From the IMG/VR virus record IMGVR_UViG_3300044697_000029, positions 1 through 64,000 of that record: 64,000 nucleotides of DNA; one strand, written 5' to 3'. The first letter of the stretch is position 1. Every line of letters begins with the position of its first letter. This stretch comes from a virus. A program made the translations under genes and the position numbers. Shown piece by piece: positions 8,795-18,770 of this stretch. The notes below the pieces were generated by a model. It was not told the origin of the DNA. It ran no database searches and saw only the letters and a program-made list of their open reading frames with translations.

Positions 8795-10027
8795 TCAGGC
8801 GGCGCTCGCCAATTGCAGTTCGCCTTTCCGGACGCCATCTGCCGCATCAACGATCTCCCACAGCGCCGGCTTCTCCGCCTTCCAACGATCCATGTCCCCC
8901 GCCACGCGCGGGTTGCGGCGCAGAACCGACAACTCCTCCAATGTGGCGCAGGCGGCGAACTGGCCGGCGAGGCTCTGCGCACGCTCCGCATCGGGGTCGC
9001 GTTGCTCAGTTGAACCACCCGCGCCGCGGGAATCGCCGTCGTCCTGCGACTGCGCGGAGGCGCGTTCCTTGGCAATGCGAGCGCGGGCACCAGCGAGCAT
9101 CTGCCGTATCTCGGTCTTCACCTGCTCCGGAGCGTCCGCTAGCGCCTTCTGCACTGCGGGCAGGTCCTCGACGGCCTTCACGTCGGCCTCGTCGCCAGCG
9201 GCAACGCAGCGGTCGTGCACGATCTCGCGCACTGTGCGCCGTGCCGCCAACTTATCCGGGGCATGTGAGGTGCGCCATTCGCGTATCTTGTCGCCAGCCT
9301 CTTCCGTGATGAATTGCTCGGGAGGAAACCAAGGCCGGAACATGCCGGACATTTTCCACGCATCCTCGCCGGTCGGCGTTTTCAGATCATACCGCGGTAC
9401 CCCCGGTGTGTTCGGGTGCATCGTCAGCGAAAATGTCCATTCGTAAATGAACCGCTGATCTTGCTCCATGCGCCACGTGCCTTCACGACCGCCAGCCAAG
9501 TGCTTGGCTTGCAGGTTGCATCGAATGCAGAAGATGATCGGCATCCGTGACTGCAACAGACGATCGCGCATCTTCTTGTGCGGCGCCTTTGCGAAATCCC
9601 AGCCTTTGTCGCTTAGGTTCTGACCTTTGCCCATCATGAACTGGTCGTAGCGGTCGCGTACCCCGCCAATGCCGGACCACTCAAGAGAGAAACTGTCGAT
9701 CACCAGACAATCATATCCCTGGCCCTCCGCCTCAGATGCGATATCGCAGAACCGCAGCGGATCGAACGGGCTTTGCATTTCGTAAACGTCGAAGTGATAC
9801 TTGAACGCGCCGCCTTCGCCATGCACCTCGGCCTCGCGTGGATGGGCGGCGTAATGCTCCATGCGTCGGCCCTCAGTGTCGATGGCGGCGATCTTTCCTT
9901 GCGGTCCCGCGATGCCGCGGGCGACGCGCAGCGCGGTCAGCGTCTTGCCGCTGCGGCTGGTGCCGGCGATGCAGCCGAACACGCCGACGCCATCAAGCGC
10001 GGCAGGGCGGAAAACATAATTGCTCAC
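8795..10027 (-). CDS. AAA ATPase, Sak4-like phage recombinase
   Basis: Walker A GTSRSGKT, IDTE, Walker B LVIDS; adjacent to a RecE-like gene. Confidence 0.8.
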   Translation of the reverse strand: MSNYVFRPAALDGVGVFGCIAGTSRSGKTLTALRVARGIAGPQGKIAAIDTEGRRMEHYAAHPREAEVHGEGGAFKYHFDVYEMQSPFDPLRFCDIASEAEGQGYDCLVIDSFSLEWSGIGGVRDRYDQFMMGKGQNLSDKGWDFAKAPHKKMRDRLLQSRMPIIFCIRCNLQAKHLAGGREGTWRMEQDQRFIYEWTFSLTMHPNTPGVPRYDLKTPTGEDAWKMSGMFRPWFPPEQFITEEAGDKIREWRTSHAPDKLAARRTVREIVHDRCVAAGDEADVKAVEDLPAVQKALADAPEQVKTEIRQMLAGARARIAKERASAQSQDDGDSRGAGGSTEQRDPDAERAQSLAGQFAACATLEELSVLRRNPRVAGDMDRWKAEKPALWEIVDAADGVRKGELQLASAA

Positions 10028-10030
10028 AGG

Positions 10031-11077
10031 TCAAGCTCCCCAATCAGTGCGTTCCGTCGCGACATCGGCGATGTAGGATTCGTATGATTCCGGCACCTTC
10101 GGAGGGTCCATCATCATCCTGTCGGTGTAGGCATCGCGCGCCGCTGCCTCATCGTCCTGGCGCTCCCACCAACTCGGCGGGTCGGAATAGTAGGTAACAG
10201 GCAGATAACTCGGCCACCGGCCATTCTGCATGCACCAGTTCCATCGGCGGAGCGCCACCTGGGATCGGCGCCAGCCCTTGCCGATCAACAGCGGGCCGGC
10301 GGCGTGGACCGATGCGCCATAAGGTGCATCCCACTCGCACACGATGAATTTGAACTCCGGCAGGTCGCCGCGCTGTGCCTCGACGGCGCGCGGGTACAGA
10401 GCCGCAGAGAAAAGGTGCTCCCCTCGCATCTGCTTGGCCCAGGTCTCCGGTTCCGCCTCGCGGCCAGTGAACTTGAAATCGCAGATCACCTTGCAACCAG
10501 GGGGCGGCAACGCATCGGCTCGGCAGCGATATAGAGCACCTTCAATGTGCGTAATGATCGTCACCTCGCGCAGCGTGCCGGGATCGGTCAGCGCCGCCCA
10601 CAGATCGGGATAGTCCCGCCGCAGTCTCGTGCGGAGCGCCGTGGCGACGGGCGGCAGTTCATCGAACTTTTTGCCAAGGATCGGGATCATACCGGCGGCG
10701 CGGGCGTCCTCTTTCGCGGCCTTGGCTGCGTCCGTCTTGTAATCCTTGAAGTGCAGAATGCGGTATGGTGCCGGCTGATCCAGCATCAGCGCATGCAGGA
10801 TTGTGCCCTTGTCCTTTTCGTCGGTCGGGTCGCTCGGCTCCCAATCGGGATTGAGTTTGGGGTGCAATGTCCAGGCATGCTCGGGCGATTTGTTGTAGAG
10901 CGTTTTCAGCACCGACGCGCTGGCGCTGATCCCCTCGGCGGGATCGGCGTGGTACGCACGCTCTGGCACGTTCGGATAGATGCCGGGCGGCAGACCGACG
11001 AAGGCGCCGGCCGACGCCACCTTCGTGGCAGCGACAACCGGCGGGGCTTTCATGGTGTCACCAAATTCAAGCGGCAT
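10031..11077 (-). CDS. RecE/exonuclease VIII-like PD-(D/E)XK nuclease
   Basis: YHADP..ISAS, GTILHAL, RCRAD, CDFKFT, FKFIVCE; ATG 11077 follows the upstream stop. Confidence 0.85.
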   Translation of the reverse strand: MPLEFGDTMKAPPVVAATKVASAGAFVGLPPGIYPNVPERAYHADPAEGISASASVLKTLYNKSPEHAWTLHPKLNPDWEPSDPTDEKDKGTILHALMLDQPAPYRILHFKDYKTDAAKAAKEDARAAGMIPILGKKFDELPPVATALRTRLRRDYPDLWAALTDPGTLREVTIITHIEGALYRCRADALPPPGCKVICDFKFTGREAEPETWAKQMRGEHLFSAALYPRAVEAQRGDLPEFKFIVCEWDAPYGASVHAAGPLLIGKGWRRSQVALRRWNWCMQNGRWPSYLPVTYYSDPPSWWERQDDEAAARDAYTDRMMMDPPKVPESYESYIADVATERTDWGA

Positions 11078-11078
11078 A

Positions 11079-11414
11079 TCAGTACTCCAGCGGGGGTTCG
11101 GATGCCGACGCAGAATTGCGTTGGCCACGCGGCGATGCGGCGCGGAAGCCGGGCGCCGGGGGCTGTGCTGTGCCGGCTCCGTTGGCTGGGAGGGGCGTTG
11201 CGGCGGCTTGCGCTGCCGGGCGCACCTGGGCGCGGTATGTTTCTTCCAGCATCGCGCGCAGTTCGACCTGCAATGCCGCGCGGGCCTTGGCGGGATCGTC
11301 CCCTTCATCCAACGTCGCCACGACGCCAGCATCGAGCTTCACGGGCTGGTAGCGGTCGCCGCCGGGGGGAATGATCGTGCGCGCCAGGCCGATGCGGATT
11401 TCGGTGATCTTCAT
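11079..11414 (-). CDS. Hypothetical protein
   Basis: Tightly packed between recombination genes. Confidence 0.65.
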   Translation of the reverse strand: MKITEIRIGLARTIIPPGGDRYQPVKLDAGVVATLDEGDDPAKARAALQVELRAMLEETYRAQVRPAAQAAATPLPANGAGTAQPPAPGFRAASPRGQRNSASASEPPLEY

Positions 11415-11420
11415 GTCGCG

Positions 11421-12935
11421 TCAGTACTCCAGCCGAACGTGGGGAACGTCGCCCTTGGCAATCGCCACGATGACGGCCTTCCCGGTTTCTTCGCTCAATC
11501 CAAGCAGGATCAGCGGTGCCAGCGCCTCCCGGTGTATCTTGGCCCGGTGCGCCTTGTTGGCCTCCCGCGCCGCGGTCTCGCGCTGCGCCTTCTCGGCATC
11601 CGCTGCCGCCTGCCGTCGAGCGGCTGCGGCGATCTCCTCGCGCTGCGCCGCCTCTCGTTGCTCGGCAAGGGCAAGCTCGCCCTCCAAACTCGTGCGGGCG
11701 GCCTCCCGCACTTGATAGGCTTCGTCGGCAAATTCCTGCCAATCCCGGTCGGCGTGCATTCCGCGCAGGCTGTGTAGGAATTGCCGCGCCATCGCTGGCG
11801 CCGCACCATCCGGTAGCGGACGGCCAAGTGCACGCAGATCGTTGATGGCCTGCCGGTGGGCGGCGACACGCACGGCATTGGCCTCACGCTTCAATGCGGC
11901 ATCGAGAAATCCCTCGGCGCGCTCGACCTCGGCGCGGATCGCCGCGGCAGCTTCGTCAGCGAACTCCTCGAATTGCGTGGTGTCGATGTTGCTGAGCCAG
12001 GCGATGCGCCGCTGAATGTCGGCGCTGCTTTCGGTCGGACCCCATGCCGGGTTCTCGGCCAGTGCATCGATCGCGGCGCGGTGCCGGCGGATGCGCGCGG
12101 TCTCGGCTTGGCGCACGCGCTCCTCGGCCTCGGCCTTCTCCCGTTCCGCCTGGGCCAGCGCCGCCGCCGCTGCCTCACGGTCGCGCTGGGCGGCTTCCTC
12201 GGCCAGCCGCGCTTGCTCTGCCGCCTTGGCCTCCGCAACCCGCGTGGCCTCGGCTGCGGCGTCCGCTGCGGCACGTTCCTCGCGGGCTTTCTGCTCCTGC
12301 GCCAACCGCAACGCCTCAGCCTTGGCGCGCTCTTCTTCCTCGGCGGCCAGTCGCGCAGCTTCGGCCTCGCGTGTCGCCGCATCGGCCTGGGCCACGCGCA
12401 GCGCATTGTAGGCGTTCCGGGCTGCGGTTTGGCCGCGCTCCTGGAACTCCTGCCAGTCGCGCGTCAGGTGAGGATGCTGTTTCAGTTCCTCGATGCGCGC
12501 GGCGATCTGCGCCGCGGTCCAATCGGCCGGAACCGCCGCCCATCCCTCGATCTCGGCAATCGCGGCTTCATGCGCGGCAACCCGGTTCTTCTCCCGGTTC
12601 TCGAACTCAGTCAGTGGCGCGCGGACCTGCATGGCCAAGGCATCCAGGCGCTCTGCGACAATCTTACGCTCGGCATTCACCGCCTCGGTTGATCTGCGCC
12701 AACCCTCGGTCAATCCTTTGCCGAGCCGATCTAGATCGGCCTTCACGCGTCGGCACTCAGCCGCGAGATTGCGGATTTCGTCGCGGCCCTTGGTTGTCGT
12801 GGGGTCTGCCTTGTGTGTGGCCACTCTTGCCGAGAGTGCGGCGAGGATGTCCGATGCGCCATCCGCCGCCATGATAGCGGGGAGTTGCGTGGCAGGGATT
12901 ACGACAAGCGTTCCGGATTCGATTGTTTCGCTCAT
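11421..12935 (-). CDS. Long Ala/Glu/Arg coiled-coil phage protein
   Basis: TTKGRDEIR N-terminal part and IAKGDVPHVRLEY C-terminus, typical upstream of phage recombination genes. Confidence 0.8.
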   Translation of the reverse strand: MSETIESGTLVVIPATQLPAIMAADGASDILAALSARVATHKADPTTTKGRDEIRNLAAECRRVKADLDRLGKGLTEGWRRSTEAVNAERKIVAERLDALAMQVRAPLTEFENREKNRVAAHEAAIAEIEGWAAVPADWTAAQIAARIEELKQHPHLTRDWQEFQERGQTAARNAYNALRVAQADAATREAEAARLAAEEEERAKAEALRLAQEQKAREERAAADAAAEATRVAEAKAAEQARLAEEAAQRDREAAAAALAQAEREKAEAEERVRQAETARIRRHRAAIDALAENPAWGPTESSADIQRRIAWLSNIDTTQFEEFADEAAAAIRAEVERAEGFLDAALKREANAVRVAAHRQAINDLRALGRPLPDGAAPAMARQFLHSLRGMHADRDWQEFADEAYQVREAARTSLEGELALAEQREAAQREEIAAAARRQAAADAEKAQRETAAREANKAHRAKIHREALAPLILLGLSEETGKAVIVAIAKGDVPHVRLEY

Positions 12936-13138
12936 GTCCGCTTCTCCGCTACCTTCCGATACGTAACCACGCGCTCCAGGCCGAGCGGCTTCAGTATTCC
13001 AACACCAGGGTCGCGCCTGCCGTTCAGCACATCATGGACATACTGGCCGCTTGTGCCGTTGCGGCGCGCCCATTCCCGCTGGGAACCAGCCGTTTCGCAG
13101 GCTCGCCGCAAGGTTTTCAGAACGTCTTCCGTTGTCAT
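12932..13138 (-). CDS. HTH DNA-binding protein
   Basis: GSQREWARRNGTSGQYVHDVLNGRRDPG. Confidence 0.8.
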   Translation of the reverse strand: MTTEDVLKTLRRACETAGSQREWARRNGTSGQYVHDVLNGRRDPGVGILKPLGLERVVTYRKVAEKRT

Positions 13139-13211
13139 GCCCGCTTATCCGCTATTCCGCTGGCATTGTCAAGCATCGCCCCACCCTCCGCCCCCGGCTT
13201 CGTGATCTCGT

Positions 13212-13475
13212 TCATGTGTTGCTGCTCCTGTAATCCCAATGCGCTACGTCTGCTGGGGCTGGATCGTAGTGATCGTTGAAACTCCACCTGCCGCCGCGCC
13301 AGCGCCAGTACCGTCGAGCATTTCCCGGCAATTCCAGCACGCGCTCCACTTCTGAATCGGTCCGCGTCGCGCGCATCGCACATGCCCGTTGACGCGCAAT
13401 CTTAATGGTTGTTAGGGCGCCCCACACGGTCGCGCCGGATACGACTTGATAGCGATAGCGGGGCTTCTCCTTCAT
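13212..13475 (-). CDS. Hypothetical protein
   Basis: ATGA coupling. Confidence 0.5.
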   Translation of the reverse strand: MKEKPRYRYQVVSGATVWGALTTIKIARQRACAMRATRTDSEVERVLELPGNARRYWRWRGGRWSFNDHYDPAPADVAHWDYRSSNT

Positions 13476-13876
13476 GTGCCGACCTTTCGGAGTTGAGCGG
13501 CGATGTCGTGGTAACGATTGGCTTCCGAGTGATCACCCTCCCTCGCTCTCATGCGATGATAGCATTCGTAGTCAAGTATTGCGTTCCGAAACGTGATACG
13601 AACGCTTTCTTCCATGTCCTTTGGCACCAGCGCACCGACCCACACGAGGTCGGGCGCCCCTTCTTCCAGCGCGCGATCAATCATGGCGAGCGTCTGTTGT
13701 GCCTCGCCGATGATGCCGCCTTCCGATTCGTCTATCGTCGAGAGATCGCCGCCCAGCGTGTGACTGTCGATGCGTACCGCCAACTCGTCAGCCACGAAGG
13801 CGCGGGCGTTTACCAATGTGGCACGTAGCCTTGCATTCTCGGCCAGCAGCGTGGTGGGATCGGGGGTGTCGGTCAT
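13472..13876 (-). CDS. Hypothetical protein
   Basis: ATGA coupling on both sides. Confidence 0.6.
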   Translation of the reverse strand: MTDTPDPTTLLAENARLRATLVNARAFVADELAVRIDSHTLGGDLSTIDESEGGIIGEAQQTLAMIDRALEEGAPDLVWVGALVPKDMEESVRITFRNAILDYECYHRMRAREGDHSEANRYHDIAAQLRKVGT

Positions 13877-14238
13877 GCCACAAGTCCAATCTCAGCCGGC
13901 GGGGAATCCGACTTGCGCAAGTACTTCTCGCGCAGCAGATGGGGACGCCGATCGCCCTCAAACGCCACAATGTAGGTAATTGTGCGAGCGCCCACTGCGT
14001 GCATCAGCCGGCGGGGCCTGCCCCACAGATCATCCAGCGCCCAATCGGGAGAGAAGCCCGGCGGGATCACTGCACAGACGGCGCCAATCGCTGGCAAATG
14101 CCGCAGATGCTTCAGGCGACGGACGCGAACAACATCACGGACCTTGAACAGCGCCTCCGGACATTCTGGCGTGACACCACGTTCGCCTTCCAGCTTGAGG
14201 ATTTGTCCATTTCCAATCAGCCACGCACCTTCGCTCAC
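13873..14238 (-). CDS. Hypothetical protein
   Basis: GTGA coupling; GGAGG RBS. Confidence 0.55.
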   Translation of the reverse strand: MSEGAWLIGNGQILKLEGERGVTPECPEALFKVRDVVRVRRLKHLRHLPAIGAVCAVIPPGFSPDWALDDLWGRPRRLMHAVGARTITYIVAFEGDRRPHLLREKYLRKSDSPPAEIGLVA

Positions 14239-14612
14239 CACACCCTCCCGTTCCCAATACCCCGAACGACCCATGCCGTCAGCGCGGCGATCGGCGCCTC
14301 GAACAGCAGCCACAACACGATCATTACCCCCACGCTGACGGCAACCGCTGCGCCGATCCCTCGCGCCGGACGCAGATCGTCCATCACAGGCACCCAGAAC
14401 AGTGCCCGGCGCGCTTCCTCAACCGGCTCGCGTTTCGTGCGGCCGGCTGGGAGGGCGACGTAGCGGTGCGTCGGCGCGATCGGCTGGCTATCCCATCCGC
14501 CGTCGCACACACATTCATCGGCCCACGCGCGGCAGTGGAAGCAGCGTCCGACCCACGGCTCTTCATCGGGGAAGGGTGGTTCTTCGTGGGTATTGGTGAA
14601 AGTGTGGGGCAT
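14235..14612 (-). CDS. Hypothetical protein with Cys cluster and C-terminal TM helix
   Basis: CFHC..CVC; hydrophobic GIGAAVAVSVGVMIVLWLL. Confidence 0.55.
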   Translation of the reverse strand: MPHTFTNTHEEPPFPDEEPWVGRCFHCRAWADECVCDGGWDSQPIAPTHRYVALPAGRTKREPVEEARRALFWVPVMDDLRPARGIGAAVAVSVGVMIVLWLLFEAPIAALTAWVVRGIGNGRVW

Positions 14613-14932
14613 CAGGCGCCAACTCCAAACTGACCATGATCGACTTGCTCGCGGGCCGCGTCATCCTCCTCAATGGCAGCGATGCAGCGGTCGCAGATCA
14701 GATAGCTCTGGCCTCCGCTCTTGAACTCGTGCGTGGCCCAGCCGGTCGCGCAGTATTCGCACGCCTGATTGCCCGACCCGTCGCAGGCTTCGCATGGCCC
14801 GGCATCCCATACGTCTGGGTCATTGCCGCCGTAACGCGAGCGGTATTCCCGGCCCTCACCGCCGCACTTTGCGCACGGCAGGACGCCGGCCGGCATGGGA
14901 TCGGGGTGCGTCGGCGTGCGGTGGAGGGTCAT
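14612..14932 (-). CDS. Zinc-finger protein (CxxCxGxG repeats)
   Basis: CAKCGGEG, CEACDGSG, CEYC, CDRC. Confidence 0.7.
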   Translation of the reverse strand: MTLHRTPTHPDPMPAGVLPCAKCGGEGREYRSRYGGNDPDVWDAGPCEACDGSGNQACEYCATGWATHEFKSGGQSYLICDRCIAAIEEDDAAREQVDHGQFGVGA

Positions 14933-15159
14933 GGCAATGCCGGCAAGCGGCTGTCCCAGTGCTTGTGGTCCTGGGCCGCTAATAACTTGAAGATACGTGT
15001 ATTAGCCGCAGCAGGGCTCACGCCGGCGCGTTCCGCAGCGCGAAAGAAATCCTCTCGGTTTTCGTGAGCGGAAAGGATGATCCAATCCATTTCGCGAGAC
15101 CAAACAATCTGACCTCTTTGAGTTGCCCACGTGCTTGGTCGATCCCACCAAGTTTTCAT
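14929..15159 (-). CDS. Hypothetical protein, possible HTH
   Basis: AAERAGVSPAAANTRI; ATGA coupling. Confidence 0.45.
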   Translation of the reverse strand: MKTWWDRPSTWATQRGQIVWSREMDWIILSAHENREDFFRAAERAGVSPAAANTRIFKLLAAQDHKHWDSRLPALP

Positions 15160-15229
15160 CCCGGCTCTCCCACCCCAATCGGCACCACCCGCACCGTCCC
15201 CGGCTCGCGCGGCACATGCTTGACGAACT

Positions 15230-15412
15230 TTACCCCGGCACATACGGCCCCTCGACAAACGCCAGCGCATCAATCGACGCGATCAGGAGTTCGACAGCGG
15301 CCAGGACCGCCGTGTGTGCCTCGCTCCCGCGGTCGGTCTGCGCGTCGTATGCCGCAGCCTCGGCTTCCTTGGCGCGGGCGTGGAGGGCGGCGATCAGTGG
15401 GGCGTCGGTCAT
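15230..15412 (-). CDS. Hypothetical protein
   Basis: AAGGA RBS before ATG 15412. Confidence 0.5.
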   Translation of the reverse strand: MTDAPLIAALHARAKEAEAAAYDAQTDRGSEAHTAVLAAVELLIASIDALAFVEGPYVPG

Positions 15413-15513
15413 GGGGTGGTTCCTTCCGTATTGCTCGATAAAGTACCAAGGAACGGGCGACGGTTGCGCGCTAATGGTGTTGTTTTTGGGAATTATATGG
15501 ATGACTCCCTCAG

Positions 15514-15792
15514 TCACGGGCTGTCATCCAGTGGATTGGCCTTCGGCGGTCGCTCCGTCATTTCGGCTGCCATGACGGTTTGTAAGATCGTCACACCACC
15601 CAATAATGTGATCTTGCTGCCATCCTTGTAGACAATGCGGGTGCGACACTCGCCGTCTGCGTCGATTGTCACGAGCGCGATAGCCTTGATACCACCGGCG
15701 TAGACCCACTCGGTCAGTTCGCCCGCAACATCGACCATAGCAGCATTGGCCGCAGCTTCGCTTTCCGGCGTCATGCGCTCAGGGGGACTCAT
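15514..15792 (-). CDS. Hypothetical protein
   Basis: Protein-like ORF with purine-rich upstream region. Confidence 0.55.
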   Translation of the reverse strand: MSPPERMTPESEAAANAAMVDVAGELTEWVYAGGIKAIALVTIDADGECRTRIVYKDGSKITLLGGVTILQTVMAAEMTERPPKANPLDDSP

Positions 15793-15815
15793 CTATATAA
15801 TTCCCTTGTTTTTCA

Positions 15816-16175
15816 TCACGCAGCCCTCCGTCCACCAAACGCATCGACCAGCGCCAGCCGGTCATGCGAAAAGATATAGTTCGCATCGGGCAACCCGAGC
15901 GCTGACAGGCGGTCCAGGATCACCCGGAACTCGTATGAGCCGCTGAGCGCGCCCTTCTCGCCAAGCCGGCCCAGTAGGTCCAGGGCAACCATCAGCGGGC
16001 GACCGTCCATCGCGTGGAGGGCAGCAGACAGGGCCGTGAACCGCGTCTCGTATTCGGCGTGGCGCTTTGCGTCGGACGCGACGAAGACCGCGCGCTGCTC
16101 TGGCGTGAACCATGTATTGTCGGCAATCGCCGCTCGGTCTCGCGCGAACACGGCGCGGGTTTCGGAAGTCAGCAT
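15816..16175 (-). CDS. Hypothetical protein
   Basis: GAGGA RBS. Confidence 0.6.
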   Translation of the reverse strand: MLTSETRAVFARDRAAIADNTWFTPEQRAVFVASDAKRHAEYETRFTALSAALHAMDGRPLMVALDLLGRLGEKGALSGSYEFRVILDRLSALGLPDANYIFSHDRLALVDAFGGRRAA

Positions 16176-16184
16176 GTTGTCCTC

Positions 16185-16433
16185 TCAATCGTTCCGAGCG
16201 TGCGGATATTCGCACCGGCTCGGATTGCCGTTGGCGCACGCCACTTCGCCAGATCGGCATTTCCAGCAATTGTGGAGACGAAAGATTCCCGCGCGCGTCG
16301 GATCGGGGTCTCGGGGATCGGGCGTCCCGTGCGCCCGGTCGTTCAACTCGGATAGGGTCGCGCCGCCTTCCGTGAGGCATTTGTCGCCGTCCCACATGCT
16401 GCCGTCTGGTAATGTCACCTTTTCGTCAGTCAT
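16185..16433 (-). CDS. Small Cys-rich hypothetical protein
   Basis: HNCWKC...C...CEYPHARND; GAGGA RBS. Confidence 0.6.
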   Translation of the reverse strand: MTDEKVTLPDGSMWDGDKCLTEGGATLSELNDRAHGTPDPRDPDPTRAGIFRLHNCWKCRSGEVACANGNPSRCEYPHARND

Positions 16434-16792
16434 GGCGCTATTTCCTCAAACATCCACCCAGCCATCGCGGCAACGTCATAACTCGATAGGGTGTTGCCAT
16501 TACAAGCCCATTGGGCCGCTTCGTCGCACCAATACACCTGTCGCCTGACCATCTTGCCTGCATCAAGGCCATCTAGATTTTCTAGCCGCGACAACACCTT
16601 TATGTACGTGCCGTCGCGTGGCGCGCCGTCCATCGAAAACCATCTCGGCGCTGTTTGCCATTGTATCGCCGCTTCCCTCAGCGTGACGGCCAACAGATCA
16701 GCGTCGCGCCCGCTGATAGGACCGAGGCGGTTGTCTATCTTATCGGCCCAATCATTAAGGCTTTGGGGCGTAACGGGGTGCGCGTCACTCAC
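16430..16792 (-). CDS. DUF551-like phage protein
   Basis: WFSMDGAPRDGT...WM. Confidence 0.55.
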   Translation of the reverse strand: MSDAHPVTPQSLNDWADKIDNRLGPISGRDADLLAVTLREAAIQWQTAPRWFSMDGAPRDGTYIKVLSRLENLDGLDAGKMVRRQVYWCDEAAQWACNGNTLSSYDVAAMAGWMFEEIAP

Positions 16793-17143
16793 CGTCCAAA
16801 CTCCCTTGCATCATCCATCCGCCGATCCCGCGCATCGTCGGGGTCCGGCATCATGCGTTCGGCCGCTTCCTCGCAGGCCGCGTCATAGCCTTCGTTCCGC
16901 AAGTACTCGCGCGCCCACTCATCGAACTCGGGCGCGTCGATCCACTTGCCGTCGATCTCGCGTTCAACGTGATGCAGTTCGACTTCCGCAGGACACGCCG
17001 GCTCGCCGCCGCTGGCGTAGGAAGGCCCGCGCTCAGGCTGGCCCGGAACGAATGTGAAGTGGATCAGCAGTTCCGCGTCGGGCAGCCCGGCGTCGTGGTC
17101 GGTGTCGCGCTCGTAGGTGGTGGCGATGGAGTGTGCGGGTCAT
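16789..17143 (-). pseudogene. Frameshifted phage gene (…PGQPERGPSYASGGEPACPAEVE…), missing from the ORF track
   Basis: ATG 17143 is out of frame by +1 (ATGACCCGCA) with a long protein-like frame that ends at 16789 in a GTGA overlap. Confidence 0.65.
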
Positions 17144-17520
17144 GATTTGACCGCCTCCGCACGCATCTCCGAAGATGGGCGATCGACAAGTTTCACGATG
17201 CGCCATCCAGAGGCGTGAGCTTCGGCGGGCGTCATGCTTGCAATGGGCGAATAACAACAGGTCGATAAGTTGGACCAGCAAGAGCCGTTCCAGTATGAAA
17301 CGCACTCGTCCTTCCGGCCGCGCGCCATCCAGAAATATCCAATCGGCGGATGGCGCTCCGGATGGGGTCGGCATTCTGGCGCAGTCGGATAGAGCGCCAT
17401 TGTATGCGCATCCTGCCATCCGGTTTCGTACGACGTTGCGTCAAGTCTCGGTAGGCCGACGCTTGTCCTACGATCGTTTGCGTTGCGGTAACCTTCGAAC
17501 CATTCAACTATTTTCGTCAT
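17140..17520 (-). CDS. Hypothetical protein
   Basis: ATGA coupling; GGAGG RBS. Confidence 0.55.
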   Translation of the reverse strand: MTKIVEWFEGYRNANDRRTSVGLPRLDATSYETGWQDAHTMALYPTAPECRPHPERHPPIGYFWMARGRKDECVSYWNGSCWSNLSTCCYSPIASMTPAEAHASGWRIVKLVDRPSSEMRAEAVKS

Positions 17521-17966
17521 AGCGGCGCCTCCAATGGGCCTTCGCCCCAGAAGAAGTTTTCAAGCGACTGGCTGTCAGAAACGCCAGCGATATGCACACG
17601 CAAATGCTCAGGATCGGCCGAATCAACGGTATTACGGAATACCTCTACGACCTCCCACGTCTTTTGCGGCAGATAGGAATTGTATTCCTCAGTCTTCGGA
17701 CTTCCTTCGTCAGCGATCTTCCATTTGGCCCAGTAGAATCCGGACTTCGTCGGCGCCCCGGCTCGCGTCGTCTTCTGCCGTCGCTTTAACAGTTCGACCA
17801 TCTCGCCGATCATGTCGTTGGTCATCATGAAGTCCTGATCGGGCTTGTGTGGGCGCCGGACCAAAACTGCGATCTTTGCGCCGGGTTTGAACCGCATCAG
17901 GATTTGGTCCATCGCGTCGGCGACAAATTGCTGGGCATTACGAAGAGCCTCGTTTCCGTCCATCAC
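17517..17966 (-). CDS. Hypothetical protein
   Basis: GGAGG RBS; PTKSGFYWAKW module. Confidence 0.6.
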   Translation of the reverse strand: MMDGNEALRNAQQFVADAMDQILMRFKPGAKIAVLVRRPHKPDQDFMMTNDMIGEMVELLKRRQKTTRAGAPTKSGFYWAKWKIADEGSPKTEEYNSYLPQKTWEVVEVFRNTVDSADPEHLRVHIAGVSDSQSLENFFWGEGPLEAPL

Positions 17967-17994
17967 GCAGCCCTCCGCTCAGTCGCCACACGCA

Positions 17995-18399
17995 TCAGAA
18001 CGGTCGATCATCGTCGGGGTCTGGATCGACTTCATCGTCCGGCTCGATGTCGTAGCTGCGCGGCGGCCGGGCCGTCTCCGCTTCCAGCAACGCCACCGGC
18101 ACCGTGGCCTTGATCGCTGGCGGCAGCTGGTAGGGGCGTGTCGGCGCCTCACGGAACGCGATCTCGGCAGAGACCTGCGTCAGCCGATAGATCGACGGCC
18201 CACCATGCAGGACAACCGGCAGGAACTCACCGCAGAAGATCGGCTCGATCGCCAGCATCTTCGTCCCGAACCGTTCCACTTCGGCAAAACGGCCGACCAA
18301 TGTAGTGTGCCCCATAATCTCCACGATGGCGTATTCGCCGGCGGGATATTCCTTGGGTGGCGCTTCCGGTGCCGCAGCCCCGGTTGTCACGTCGGTCAT
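17995..18399 (-). CDS. Conserved phage hypothetical protein (YAIVEIMGH..LVGR..EVERFG)
   Basis: GGAG RBS; recognisable motif. Confidence 0.7.
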   Translation of the reverse strand: MTDVTTGAAAPEAPPKEYPAGEYAIVEIMGHTTLVGRFAEVERFGTKMLAIEPIFCGEFLPVVLHGGPSIYRLTQVSAEIAFREAPTRPYQLPPAIKATVPVALLEAETARPPRSYDIEPDDEVDPDPDDDRPF

Positions 18400-18770
18400 T
18401 GGTGGTTCTCCGTGTGTGTTTGTGCCAGAAGCCGTGCCTGCAATTCGGCCTCGTATTTCGCGATTGCCGCCTCAAGGCCCGACACCGATTCGGTCGCCGA
18501 CGCAATGGCGAGCGGCTTGCCGGACGCAAGCGCCAGGTCCAGTTTGCGCCGTCCCTCCGGAACCGCGTCTCGCAGGTTGGCGACAAACGCGGCCAACTCT
18601 AATGTGCTAACCAGTTTGAAGCTATTGCGCTGGCGTGCGAGGTCGTGCAGTTCTTCCCGCAGCCACACACCGAATGGCTGCCCAGCCAGCGTCCACAGCG
18701 TCTCCCGGTCAACCGACGCGAGATCAAGCGGGCCGGGCGGTAGCGCGTCGAGAGCTTGTTGAAACTCCAT
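18396..18770 (-). CDS. Hypothetical protein
   Basis: TGATG coupling to the methyltransferase; GGAGG RBS. Confidence 0.55.
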   Translation of the reverse strand: MEFQQALDALPPGPLDLASVDRETLWTLAGQPFGVWLREELHDLARQRNSFKLVSTLELAAFVANLRDAVPEGRRKLDLALASGKPLAIASATESVSGLEAAIAKYEAELQARLLAQTHTENHQ

